Shown: positions 26,737 through 37,455 of the stretch, piece by piece
Numbering within the stretch: position 1 is the first letter of the stretch
How the letters are laid out: each line of letters starts with the position of its first letter
Source of the DNA: Bacilli bacterium
GTDB lineage: Bacteria; Bacillota_I; Bacilli_A; RF39; UBA660
Direction: 5' to 3'
DNA: 63,132 bases
Assembly: GCA_022795155.1 (NCBI GenBank)
Contig: JAAWGF010000005.1
Location: forward strand, 1-63,132
Translations under genes and position numbers: made by a program
Notes under the pieces: generated by a model
Told to the model about the DNA's origin: nothing
The model's database searches: none
The model's input: the letters and a program-made list of their open reading frames with translations, nothing else

Positions 26737-28005
26737 CTATTCGTTACTTTCTAATTCTTTTAGCATAGCATCGACAATGCCATCAACATAATCATCTAGG
26801 TTGTTATTAAGATTGTTTACATCTTTCTTACTAGTTAAATATCCTAGCTCTAACAAATAACTTTCCATTCCAACATTTGAGTTTGTATAGTAATTATATG
26901 GATTACCATCACGAGAATCTTTATATGCCCCACTCATATAACCGCCAGTTTCACGAATAATAAAATAATATGTTGTTTTATCAGATATATCATAAGGTTT
27001 ATAGCCATTAGCTATAGCATTTTCATAGCTTTCTCGTAAATCACTATCTTGTAAGGTTCTTGTATAAACACCCTTTTGCTCTTTAAAAGCATTGTTAGTT
27101 GAATAATTAGTATTAGCTTTATTTACAATCGAACTAGCTATATTAGAAGCAAAAGTATAATCAACGCCGTAAGCAGTATAAACCTCTAAACCAGAATCAT
27201 TATAGTCATTGCTATTAAGATGAATGGCTAGTAAATATTTTGCTTTACTCTCATTAGCAACATTAACTCTACCGTTTTCACCATAATTTGGTAAACGCTC
27301 GCTACTAGATAAATCACCACGTGTTAGTTTTACTCTTAATCCATGTTTTTCTAGCTTTTCTTTAACTTTAGAACTTATTAAATAAGTAAAATCGGTTTCG
27401 CTATATCCATTACCACTAGCACCAGGGTCAATTCCACCATGACCTGGGTCAATAACAATATCATAGACATTTTTATCATTAACTTTTTTTACTTCTAAAG
27501 CAATCGTTGCATTTTTATTAGATAATATCATCTTTTTTTGTTCATCCTTTTTTCTAATAGAATAATATTCCGTTGATTCATATTTTGTGTTGTTTTTTAA
27601 GTTGTAATATTCTTTTTCTTCACCATTAATAGTTTCAATATATAAATTATAATTTTGAATATCTAAATTATCGATTATATATCCATTGTTTAGTTTGTCA
27701 GCAATTTCAAAGTAAATATTTTCATCAGTTACTTTATAACTCAGCGGAATTCTAACTTCTTCTTTTGCATAAAATAATAAATTCACATCTGTAATATTCT
27801 GATTAGTTAAATGCATATCAATCGTACCATTTAAGTTTAAATGATTACCATAAATATAAAGTTCATCAATATTAGCTTCTTTATCGGTTTCAATAATATA
27901 TTTTTTAGTTGGTTTAACGCATTTAATTAAACAAAAAATACTAGTTAAAATAATTGTAAACAATAGTAATAATATTTTCTTTTTATTTTTCTTCTTTTTT
28001 TTCAT
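26737..28005 (-). CDS. N-acetylmuramoyl-L-alanine amidase (Amidase_3), membrane-anchored
   Basis: IDPGHGGIDPGA, AIHLNS, LLELGY. Confidence 0.9.
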   Translation of the reverse strand: MKKKKKNKKKILLLLFTIILTSIFCLIKCVKPTKKYIIETDKEANIDELYIYGNHLNLNGTIDMHLTNQNITDVNLLFYAKEEVRIPLSYKVTDENIYFEIADKLNNGYIIDNLDIQNYNLYIETINGEEKEYYNLKNNTKYESTEYYSIRKKDEQKKMILSNKNATIALEVKKVNDKNVYDIVIDPGHGGIDPGASGNGYSETDFTYLISSKVKEKLEKHGLRVKLTRGDLSSSERLPNYGENGRVNVANESKAKYLLAIHLNSNDYNDSGLEVYTAYGVDYTFASNIASSIVNKANTNYSTNNAFKEQKGVYTRTLQDSDLRESYENAIANGYKPYDISDKTTYYFIIRETGGYMSGAYKDSRDGNPYNYYTNSNVGMESYLLELGYLTSKKDVNNLNNNLDDYVDGIVDAMLKELESNE

Positions 28006-28149
28006 CTAACCTACTCCTTAATATTATTATAACAAAAATATTAAAGTTTAGTTATTATTTTACAATTATGATACATCTTTACATGTCAATCTCTATTAAA
28101 ACCTATTTATTGTAATATTATTTTATCAAAAAAGAGTGATAAGTCACTC

Positions 28150-29145
28150 TTAATTTTCAGCTTCTTCTAACATATTAGTAATAAATATACCATAGCCTTT
28201 AGTTGGGTCATCAACTACAACATGCGTTACTGCTCCAATTATATTATTACCCTGAATAATTGGTGAACCACTCATACCTTGAATAATACCACCTGTTTTT
28301 TCTAATAATTCTTTATCAGTTATTTCAAATAAAATATTTTTTGTTTTCTGATCTTCGTTTGATATTCTTATAATATTTATTGAATACTCTTTAATTGTTG
28401 AATCATTTAAAACAGTTAAAATTTTTGCTTCTCCTTTTTTTATATCTGTTACTTTGGCCACTTTGTAAAGTTTTTTATTTGGTAAATTTGATGTATAGTT
28501 ACCAAAAATTCCTTGTTTAGTATTTTCGAAAATACTACCATCTACTTTATCAGTATAAAACCTAGCATTTTTTTCACCAGGATTTCCATTTTCACTTCTT
28601 TGAATGCTAGTAACATCAGTTTCAAATATTTTTCCGTTTTTTACTTCCAATATTTGACCACTATTTTTTTCAATTATTTCATGACCTAAGGCACCAAATA
28701 ATTTTGTTTTTGGATCGATAAAACTTAATGTACCAACGCCTGTTATACTATCTTTAACATATAGCCCAGTTTTTATAACACCGTTATTATCTTTGTATAG
28801 AGTTAAATCTGTTGTTTTTCGTTCTTTACCTCTAATAAATCCGACTGAAATGGTTTTATTAGATTCATAAGTATTAATTTTATCTACCATTTCTTGAATA
28901 GTATTGACCTCATTGTTTTCAATTGTTACGATTGTGTCGCCTATTTGCAATTTTGCATCATTAGCAGGGTCATTATTATTAATTTTATAGGTTCCAACAA
29001 CAATGACACCTTTAGAATTTAGTTCAATACCGATATTTTCGCCACCAGCCATAATATATTCTGAATAGGCTAAGGCATTATTTGGTATAATAAATAATGA
29101 AAGAAGTAGCAACATAAATGTTTGTTTAAATTTTTTTAAAAACAT
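28150..29145 (-). CDS. spoIVB: SpoIVB peptidase (S55) with PDZ domain
   Basis: GVGTLSF, FGALGH, TGGIIQGMSGSPIIQ, GAVTHV. Confidence 0.93.
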   Translation of the reverse strand: MFLKKFKQTFMLLLLSLFIIPNNALAYSEYIMAGGENIGIELNSKGVIVVGTYKINNNDPANDAKLQIGDTIVTIENNEVNTIQEMVDKINTYESNKTISVGFIRGKERKTTDLTLYKDNNGVIKTGLYVKDSITGVGTLSFIDPKTKLFGALGHEIIEKNSGQILEVKNGKIFETDVTSIQRSENGNPGEKNARFYTDKVDGSIFENTKQGIFGNYTSNLPNKKLYKVAKVTDIKKGEAKILTVLNDSTIKEYSINIIRISNEDQKTKNILFEITDKELLEKTGGIIQGMSGSPIIQGNNIIGAVTHVVVDDPTKGYGIFITNMLEEAEN

Positions 29146-29252
29146 TTAAACATCTCCTTTTTATTCGATATAGACCACATTATTATTATGATAAAAATTT
29201 AATTAAATATGAAAAAAATGACTAAGTTATTTTAGCCATTTTCTAACAATAA

Positions 29253-30197
29253 TTATCTTTTAGTATAACTATTTCCCTTTCTGTTTATATTAGAAAAATT
29301 AAATTTATTATCTAACATTATTTTAAACATTTCGGTACTTATTGAATTAACTTTATCAGTTGCACTTTTGATTTCTTTTATTAATATGGAAATTTTTTTA
29401 TGACAATTTTTTATTTCTTTTAATAAATATTGTTTAAGAGAATTTAGATATATTAAACGCGAGGTATTAACCATTTGCTGTAAATCGCTTATATCATCAT
29501 TAATAATCGGTTTTATTGGGTTTAAATCGTCAGTAAATAGACTTTCACATTTACTAAAAGGAACTAAACCATTATTTTTGAAGTGACTATTATTAGTCGG
29601 CTGATATATAATGGTTGATAAGTCACCATTTTCCAGTTTATATGTCAAACTATTTTGATTAAAAAAGGAAATTAAATTAATGTTAATAGATTTATTTTTT
29701 TTAACTTTTAAATCTTCACTATTATATTTAAAAGTATAACCTGAAACATTATTTTTATATTCATAAGAACCATATTTTGAGTGTTTAAATTCAATTAATT
29801 CATCATTATCATAATTTAAATTATTGGTTTCATATTCATTATGATTACATTTCTTCCAATCAATTGAATTTGCTAAATCGACTCTTAATGATATATCTAT
29901 GTTTGGCTTCCTTTTTATATTAATGATTAGGTTATCTTTTTCACAAATTAAGTTAATGTTTAAATTATCACTATTCCATAATGGACTATCAAATTTATTA
30001 TCTAAAAATTGATTAGTTTCTAAATCTTTAAACATAATTTGTCGATCTTTTATATTATAACATAAATCAATATTATAGCTTCTTAAAATTCGACGTAAAA
30101 ATGCATCTTCTGGCATATCACCAAATAGCAATAAATCACTATCATTAGCTACATTATTTTCAGTATAAATTTTATTTCCAATTTTAAAATATTTCAT
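29253..30197 (-). CDS. Orphan hypothetical protein
   Basis: 314-aa ORF with its own TTGACA-16-TATAAT promoter and AGGGGG RBS. Confidence 0.65.
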   Translation of the reverse strand: MKYFKIGNKIYTENNVANDSDLLLFGDMPEDAFLRRILRSYNIDLCYNIKDRQIMFKDLETNQFLDNKFDSPLWNSDNLNINLICEKDNLIINIKRKPNIDISLRVDLANSIDWKKCNHNEYETNNLNYDNDELIEFKHSKYGSYEYKNNVSGYTFKYNSEDLKVKKNKSININLISFFNQNSLTYKLENGDLSTIIYQPTNNSHFKNNGLVPFSKCESLFTDDLNPIKPIINDDISDLQQMVNTSRLIYLNSLKQYLLKEIKNCHKKISILIKEIKSATDKVNSISTEMFKIMLDNKFNFSNINRKGNSYTKR

Positions 30198-30288
30198 AAA
30201 ATTTCCCCCTTTTTTAGAACAAAAAATATTATAACATTATTTTTTTTATTGTCAATAAAAATGACTAAATTTAGTCATCTTACATTTT

Positions 30289-30519
30289 CTAATTATTATC
30301 TTCTAATTTAAAATCCTCTAAATTACCATTTTCTAAAGCAATTTTATTAACTTGTTCTTCAACGTTTTTTAATTGTTCATCGCATTCTTTAACTAATTTC
30401 ATTGCTTTAGTATACTTCTCAATTGAATCTTCTAATGATGTATTACCGTTTTCAAGTTCATTAATAATATTTTCTAATTCCATAATTTTATCTTCAAATT
30501 TTTGTTTTTTTTCAGCCAT
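30289..30519 (-). CDS. xseB: Exodeoxyribonuclease VII small subunit
   Basis: FEDKIMELENIINELE.G..SLEDSI..Y. Confidence 0.93.
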   Translation of the reverse strand: MAEKKQKFEDKIMELENIINELENGNTSLEDSIEKYTKAMKLVKECDEQLKNVEEQVNKIALENGNLEDFKLEDNN

Positions 30520-31790
30520 TATACATTCTCCACTTCTTCAATTTTTGTTTTAATTATTCCATCAGATAGTTTTATTTGTAAATCATCACCTTTAGATAAA
30601 TTTTTGATACTATTCATTATTTTACTATCTTTATAGACAACACTATAACCACGTTTTAAAACTTTTAAAGGGTTAATAAGTTCTAATTTTTCAATTATGT
30701 TATTAATATCCTCTTTTTTTTGTTTATATATTGTTTTTGGATTTTTTAAAATATAACTGTTTTTTAAAAAAGATAATTTATCAATATTTTTATCCAATTT
30801 AATTTTCAATAAATTAGTTATTTTTTCTAAGATAGAATCTAATTTTTGCTTTTTGTTATCATACATTATTAAAGGATTTTTAATAACAAAGGAATTTTTT
30901 AAGGTATCTAAAAATAGTTTTTGATAATTAATAATTTTTAAAATGCCTTCATTTAAGCGAATGCGTAATTGTCCTATATGTTTTTTTAAATCTAATAAAT
31001 TTGGAACCGCTAATTCAGCAGCTCCGGTTGGGGTAGGAGCTCTTAAATCGGCAACAAAGTCAGCAATAGTATAATCAATTTCATGACCAACGGCACTTAT
31101 AACAGGAATATTACATTCAAAAATTGCTCTGGCCACTATTTCTTCATTAAAAGGCCATAAGTCTTCTATTGACCCACCACCACGACCAACAATCAATACA
31201 TCCAAATTGTAATTTTCCGCCATCTTAATTTTATTAACAATATCTGGTGCTGCGTTTTCCCCTTGAACTAAACTAGGAAAGAGAATAACTTCACAAATAG
31301 GAAAACGCCTTTTAATTGTTGATAGTATATCTTTAATGGCAGCTCCTGTTTTAGCTGTTACAACACCTACTCTTTCAGGGAATTTAGGTATTTGTTTCTT
31401 ATATTTGGCATCAAATAATCCTTCTTTTGATAGTTTTTCTTTTAATTGTTCAAAGGCGATATATAAATTGCCGACACCATCTTCTAACATCTCATCAACA
31501 TAGATTTGATAGTTACCAGTTGCTTCATATACAGTAATTCGTCCATGAATTAATACTTTCATACCATCAGTTGGTGTAAAGACATTTTTTTTAGCATTTG
31601 CACTAAACATTATTGCATTTATTTTACTAGTCTCATCTTTAATAGAAAAATATAAGTGCCCCGTTGTATGTGCTTTAAAGTTTGAAATCTCACCTTTTAA
31701 ATAAACGTTTTTTAAATGGTCGTCATTATCAAATTTGTATTTTAAATAACGTGTAAGGGCTGTTATTGTTAAATATTTATCGTTATTCAT
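30519..31790 (-). CDS. xseA: Exodeoxyribonuclease VII large subunit
   Basis: GEISN, GHLYFS.KD, GRGGGSIEDLW.FN, SAVGHE.D, APTPTGAAE. Confidence 0.96.
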   Translation of the reverse strand: MNNDKYLTITALTRYLKYKFDNDDHLKNVYLKGEISNFKAHTTGHLYFSIKDETSKINAIMFSANAKKNVFTPTDGMKVLIHGRITVYEATGNYQIYVDEMLEDGVGNLYIAFEQLKEKLSKEGLFDAKYKKQIPKFPERVGVVTAKTGAAIKDILSTIKRRFPICEVILFPSLVQGENAAPDIVNKIKMAENYNLDVLIVGRGGGSIEDLWPFNEEIVARAIFECNIPVISAVGHEIDYTIADFVADLRAPTPTGAAELAVPNLLDLKKHIGQLRIRLNEGILKIINYQKLFLDTLKNSFVIKNPLIMYDNKKQKLDSILEKITNLLKIKLDKNIDKLSFLKNSYILKNPKTIYKQKKEDINNIIEKLELINPLKVLKRGYSVVYKDSKIMNSIKNLSKGDDLQIKLSDGIIKTKIEEVENV

Positions 31791-31797
31791 ATCGCAC

Positions 31798-32199
31798 CTA
31801 TTTATTATGTAAAATTTTATCTAACACGCCATTAATCATTTTACGAACATCATCATCACTATAACTTTTAGCAAGTTCAATAGCCTCATTTATAGCTACT
31901 ATATCAGGTGTATCAGTATAAATGAGTTCATAAATGCCCATTCTTAAAATTGCTTGATCGGTATTACCTAAACGACTAATTGTCCAATTATTTAAATACT
32001 TATTAGCTAATTCATCAATATCGTTTTTATATGTAATAACACCATAAACAGTATCTTTAACAAATTCATTTTCTGCTTTGCCTACTTCTTTAATAACATC
32101 ATCTACATTATATTTCATCTTATTATTATCATAAATATTTATTTGATATAAAATTGTCATAATTTGTTTTCTTAATTCACTTCTACTTAATTGTCCCAT
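31798..32199 (-). CDS. nusB: Transcription antitermination factor
   Basis: W...RL...D.AILR, AINEAIELAK.Y, INGVLD. Confidence 0.94.
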   Translation of the reverse strand: MGQLSRSELRKQIMTILYQINIYDNNKMKYNVDDVIKEVGKAENEFVKDTVYGVITYKNDIDELANKYLNNWTISRLGNTDQAILRMGIYELIYTDTPDIVAINEAIELAKSYSDDDVRKMINGVLDKILHNK

Positions 32200-32304
32200 T
32201 TTATCACCTATTTAATTTTATCATAAATAACAAAAATTAGATAGTATTTACTACCTAATTTAAATTAATTTTTTTATTTTTAATAAAATATTATCCCCGA
32301 TAAT

Positions 32305-32547
32305 TTACTTGATTTTTTTAATTGTTTTTTCCCTTATTTCTTGAGCTAAGTATAAGATATCATCAATATTATCTAGTTTGATTTGCTTATGCTCATTTAA
32401 AATTTTTTTCATGATATTTGGAATATCGATAAATTTAATTTGTTTATTTATAAAAGCATTAACTAATACTTCATCAGCAGCATTTAATACTACTTGAGTA
32501 CTATGTCCAGCTTTAATAGCTTCAAATGCTAATTTCAAACATTTAAA
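32305..32547 (-). pseudogene. dxr: C-terminal remnant of 1-deoxy-D-xylulose-5-phosphate reductoisomerase
   Basis: FKCLKLAFEAIKAG....VLNAADEVLV.AF....IKF.DI matches the DXR C-terminal domain; N-terminal ~300 aa absent. Confidence 0.75.
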
Positions 32548-32548
32548 T

Positions 32549-33374
32549 TTATTGGTTTTTTAGCAAAAGTTTTTTTCTTTTCTTACGTGATAAACTAATT
32601 ATTTCATCAAATGTTCTTTTTTTAGATATTGCTAATGGCAAAATATTTTCATTAAGTAATAAATTATTGACAGTAATTTGTGTTTTATCTTTTATGATTT
32701 TCCCATGTTCGACTTTAAGGTCGATTTTATAATTAGCATTCTTTGCTTTATATTTAATAACTCCATTTTTTTCTGTCATAATGTATTAGTTCCATATTAT
32801 CAAAGTATGTAATATCAAATCTAAAGAGTCTATAAAAATCATCGTCAGTAGCAATTTCATATTCATTATCATTAAAATCATCATTTTGTTTAAAAAACAA
32901 TTCCCGAATTCCTAATTTATATATTTTATCTACTACTGCAATAATTTTAGATAATTCTTGCTCATTGTCTAAAATATATTTGTAAAAAAAGTTTAGTGGA
33001 TTATCCAAAACTGTTTTATTAAAATCGATAAATCCATTTAAATTAGAATAATGTTTAATTATATTTATAGCTAGCTCATGTTTTTGATAAAAGTTTTTGA
33101 TTGCCTCTGGGCAATAATAATGCTTAAAAAATGGAAGATTGTAGTTTAACATTTTTTCAACATTATAATAAGAACCTGTTTTATTATGATAAAAATTATT
33201 TGTTTCTTCTATAACATTATAATAATCTACATTAAATGCAGATAAATTAAATTGGCTATTGTTAGATTTATAATAATAAATAATATAACATAATGCTATT
33301 AAGTCTTCTAAATAAATGGAAAGCCCTTCTTTATTTGCCATAACCTCAAAATTTCTTAAATGATTATTATACAA
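32549..33374 (-). pseudogene. Orphan gene split by a frameshift in an A7 tract
   Basis: ORFs 32754-33374 and 32549-32779 overlap; removing one A of the run at 32766-32772 fuses them (YDRKNGVIKY). Confidence 0.55.
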
Positions 33375-33433
33375 TATTTTTATTATTTGTAAACTAAAAA
33401 CTTTTGCTTATTTTAATTTTATAATATTAAAAT

Positions 33434-34489
33434 TTAATTTATAATTAATTGTTCGTTTAATGGTTGCATTTGAATAAATGTATTGCCATCATTAACATTT
33501 ATTTCATTACCACTTAAATAAGTATAAGTTGTTTTACTTTCTCTAGAGGATTTATGCCATTTAATAGGGATAGCGTATCCATTAGTTATATAATAGCCAT
33601 CTCCCTCTCCAATATTATTTATATTTTGATAATATCCATCATTAGAATATACCTCTAATCTAACAACAATTATATTTTTTACTGTATATTGCTCTTTTGT
33701 AATGGCGTCAGTATGAGGATTATTATTAATAAATCTTTTATAAAGCTTTAAATTATTGTCATAAGCATAACTTGTATTTTGACTGGCTGAATGATTAACA
33801 CTAACGTTGTTAGCAATAATACTATTATCAGTATTATTTAATTCTATTTCTTTAGTACTATAGTTTAAAAGTGTTTTTTCTTCAGTTGTTAACCGATATC
33901 CTTTATTAGTAGCTACACTTAAAATATTTTCAATATTTGTAAATGCTGTATGTTCATAGGCTACATTCAAACTTGTATCACGCCAAGAACCATTATCAAT
34001 TAAAAAGTTAACATTGTTAATACCTAAGGTATTAATATCATTTTTCGCTTGATCAGAATAACCAAAATGGGTATATATGGCGTCATTTTCTAAAACATAA
34101 TCTAAAAAATAAGGTCTTGAACTACGTACTGAGCCAATTCTTTCAGTATTTTTATCTTTAAATAAAGCCATTAAACGAGTAAAACCGCCTTCCACATTTA
34201 TTTCATAAACGATATAAGCATCCTGAAGTCCAGCGTGATTAGGAACGGCTTGAAAATGGTTATTTATCATTATGGCAATTGGTCTTGAATTAGATTTTGG
34301 ATTAATAATTTCAATATTTTTCTCTTGGATTTGCTCTTCATTTTGTTTATTTTCTTCTATTTTTTCGTTTTGCTTATCTTTTTTTCCACAACCAGCTATT
34401 AATGCTATAAATAATAAGCTAAATAATAAATATTTTTTAATTTTGTTAATCTTTAACATATTTTTCTCCTTTCCCACCATATAGAGCAA
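33434..34489 (-). CDS. DUF3048 (YerB-like) lipoprotein
   Basis: Lipobox LIAGC, RPIAIMINN, GLQDA.IVYE..VEGG.TR, GSVRSSR. Confidence 0.85.
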   Translation of the reverse strand: MLYMVGKEKNMLKINKIKKYLLFSLLFIALIAGCGKKDKQNEKIEENKQNEEQIQEKNIEIINPKSNSRPIAIMINNHFQAVPNHAGLQDAYIVYEINVEGGFTRLMALFKDKNTERIGSVRSSRPYFLDYVLENDAIYTHFGYSDQAKNDINTLGINNVNFLIDNGSWRDTSLNVAYEHTAFTNIENILSVATNKGYRLTTEEKTLLNYSTKEIELNNTDNSIIANNVSVNHSASQNTSYAYDNNLKLYKRFINNNPHTDAITKEQYTVKNIIVVRLEVYSNDGYYQNINNIGEGDGYYITNGYAIPIKWHKSSRESKTTYTYLSGNEINVNDGNTFIQMQPLNEQLIIN

Positions 34490-34838
34490 CTAAAATATAA
34501 ATATGTAAATAAATAAACATTACAATAGCTATAATCCAACCTAATATAGGAACAATGACGCATAATAACCAAATATAAGGTGATAGATAAATTTCTTTCC
34601 CTTTAACATCTAATTTAGCAGCTGTTAGACATAAAATTTGTATATGAAAGATAATTATCATAATAAGGCCTGGAAAAATAAAACATAGAAAGCCTAAAAG
34701 CCAATTTTTCCCTTTTGCATACCAACTATTTTTATCATAGCAATCAAGTAAAGCGCCTAGCGAAAAAATATCACTACCACATGAAAAAAACATTAATAAT
34801 AACCATGTCCACCAGTTTTCTTTTTTTAATATTTTCAT
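34446..34838 (-). CDS. Hypothetical membrane protein
   Basis: Three hydrophobic segments; coupled to mutS stop. Confidence 0.7.
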   Translation of the reverse strand: MKILKKENWWTWLLLMFFSCGSDIFSLGALLDCYDKNSWYAKGKNWLLGFLCFIFPGLIMIIIFHIQILCLTAAKLDVKGKEIYLSPYIWLLCVIVPILGWIIAIVMFIYLHIYILVALYGGKGEKYVKD

Positions 34839-37390
34839 TATTTCACCTTTTCTTTTAAACGATATAAAATATTCATAGCTTCAATTGGTGTTATTTCTAA
34901 AGGATTTATTTTTTTTATTTCTTCCTCTATTTTGCTTTTTTGCTCATTTATTAAATCATCAATTGGTAATGTTTCTTGAATTTTTATATCTCTTTTTCTT
35001 TCTTTATTTTCATATATTTTTAAGATTTGGTCAGCTCTTTTAATTAAGCTATCAGGTAGTGAAGCTAATTTGGCAACATGAATACCATAGCTTTTATCAA
35101 CACTTCCTTTTTCAATTTTATGTAAAAAGGTTAAATTGCCATTTTCTTCAATAGCGCTAACATGAATGTTTTTTAGGTTTTCTAAATTATTTTCTAAATC
35201 TGTCAATTCATGATAATGTGTTGAAAATAACGTTTTACATTTAATTTTATCATGGATATGTTCAATAATAGCTTGGGCTAAAGCCATGCCATCAAATGTT
35301 GCTGTACCACGGCCTAATTCATCAAATAAAACTAAACTATTCTCACTTGCACTACTAATAGCATAATTTGCTTCGTTCATTTCAACCATAAATGTTGACT
35401 CACCACTAACTAAGTCATCACTAGCACCTATTCTTGTGTATATAGCATCAAAAACTGGTAATTTAGCTTTACTAGCGGGAACAAAGCATCCAATTTGGGT
35501 CATAATAACACTGATAGCAAGTTGACGCATATAAGTGGATTTACCAGCCATATTAGGACCAGTTATTAATAATATATTGGTGCTTTCATCCATAATAATA
35601 TCATTTGGAACATATTCATCATTGATAACTTTTTCGATAACGGGATGTCTATCATTAATAATTCTAATCTCTTTAGTATCACTAATTATAGGCCTTACAT
35701 AATTATTCTCTTCAGTAATGGTTGCGAATGATTGTAAAACATCAATTTCACTAATTACTTTAGCTATATTTTGCAATTTTGGAATATACTCCTTAATTTT
35801 TTCTCTAATAGTCGTAAAAATGTCATATTCTAAATTGATAATTTTTTCTTCAGCATTTAGTATTAAATCTTCTTTCTCTTTTAAAATAGGACTAATATAT
35901 CTTTCGCAATTAGCTAAAGTTTGTCTTCTTTCATAACCATATTCTTCTTTGACTAAATTAGTATTACCTTTAGAAACCTCAATATAATAGCCAAAAACAC
36001 GATTATAGCCAACCCGTAAATTTTTAATACCTGTTTTTTCCCTTTCCTCTGCTTCAAAACGAGCAACAAAATCTTTACCACCTTTTCTTAAACTTTTGAG
36101 TTCGTCTAATTCATTATTAAAATCTTCTTTAATTAAATATCCTTCTTTTAAAGTTATAGGTGGGTTTTCATAAATACTTTTTTCTAACAAATCATATAAT
36201 TCAGGTATTTCTTCGATATTTTTATAGAAATTAATTTGATTTAAAATTGTTTTAATTTGTGGTAAAACTTTTAAGGAGTTTTTTAATTGTAATAAATCTC
36301 TTGCATTAGCGTTACCAAATGCAATACGACCGCTTAATCTTTCAATATCGTAAACTTCAAATAATAAATCTTGTAAATCACTTTTTAAGATAAATTCTTT
36401 CAATAATGTCTCTACAGTATCTAGCCTTCGATTAATTTCATCTTTATTTATTAGTGGATTTTCAATAAAATTTTTAAGCATTCGCGATCCCATGGCTGTT
36501 TTTGTTTTATCAAGCAACCAAATAAGAGAATAATTACGTTGTTTTAATCTTAGCGTTTCTGTTAATTCCAAATTTCTTTTTGTATGAATATCCATTTTCA
36601 AATAATTTTTATTTTCTTTAATAATAGCTTCTTGTAAATGTGAAAGATTTCGCTTTTGTGTGTCAGTTATATAAGTCAATAAGTGTTTAATTGTCTCAAT
36701 ATAGCGCATATCACCAATATTTTCGTAAACATAATTATATTCATTATTTTCTAAAATTCTGTCACTAATAGTAGTTGTTATTTTAAATTGATTTTTTAAT
36801 AAGGAAATAATTGTTGTATCTACTTTTGATGTTGCGATAATTTCTTTAATGCCAATACTTACAATATCGCTGATTACTTTGGTTATATTATGTTCACTAA
36901 AAAAAACGTATATTTCACCAGTCGATATGTCGGCATAACTAATGCCATAAGCATGATCAAAATCGACAATATTACCAATATAATTATTATCTTTTTCATT
37001 TAAAGCTTCATTATCAATTATAGTTCCCTTACTTACGATTTGTATTAAATCTCTTTTAACGATTCCTTTAGCAACTTTTGGGTCTTCTAATTGTTCACAA
37101 ATACCAACTCTATAACCTTTTTCTACTAATTTTTCAATATAGATATTAGCTGCGTGATGTGGAATACCACACATAGGGATTTTTTCATCTAAACCAGCAT
37201 TTTTACCAGTTAGAGTTAATTCTAGTTCCCTTGATACATTGATAGCGTCTTCAAAAAACATTTCATAGAAATCACCTAAACGAAAGAAAACAATAATATC
37301 GGGATTAGATTTTTTTATTTCAATGTATTGTTGCATCATTGGTGTTACTTTATTTATATCAACTTCACTTATTTTCACATTTATCACCAC
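34838..37390 (-). CDS. mutS: DNA mismatch repair protein MutS
   Basis: TPMMQQY, FFRLGDFYEMF, TGPNMAGKSTYMRQ, STFMVEM, DELGRGT. Confidence 0.97.
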   Translation of the reverse strand: MVINVKISEVDINKVTPMMQQYIEIKKSNPDIIVFFRLGDFYEMFFEDAINVSRELELTLTGKNAGLDEKIPMCGIPHHAANIYIEKLVEKGYRVGICEQLEDPKVAKGIVKRDLIQIVSKGTIIDNEALNEKDNNYIGNIVDFDHAYGISYADISTGEIYVFFSEHNITKVISDIVSIGIKEIIATSKVDTTIISLLKNQFKITTTISDRILENNEYNYVYENIGDMRYIETIKHLLTYITDTQKRNLSHLQEAIIKENKNYLKMDIHTKRNLELTETLRLKQRNYSLIWLLDKTKTAMGSRMLKNFIENPLINKDEINRRLDTVETLLKEFILKSDLQDLLFEVYDIERLSGRIAFGNANARDLLQLKNSLKVLPQIKTILNQINFYKNIEEIPELYDLLEKSIYENPPITLKEGYLIKEDFNNELDELKSLRKGGKDFVARFEAEEREKTGIKNLRVGYNRVFGYYIEVSKGNTNLVKEEYGYERRQTLANCERYISPILKEKEDLILNAEEKIINLEYDIFTTIREKIKEYIPKLQNIAKVISEIDVLQSFATITEENNYVRPIISDTKEIRIINDRHPVIEKVINDEYVPNDIIMDESTNILLITGPNMAGKSTYMRQLAISVIMTQIGCFVPASKAKLPVFDAIYTRIGASDDLVSGESTFMVEMNEANYAISSASENSLVLFDELGRGTATFDGMALAQAIIEHIHDKIKCKTLFSTHYHELTDLENNLENLKNIHVSAIEENGNLTFLHKIEKGSVDKSYGIHVAKLASLPDSLIKRADQILKIYENKERKRDIKIQETLPIDDLINEQKSKIEEEIKKINPLEITPIEAMNILYRLKEKVK

Positions 37391-37455
37391 AATATCATTT
37401 TATCAAAAAAAAACAAATAAGTCACGAATGTTATTTGTTTTTCTAAAATAAAACA

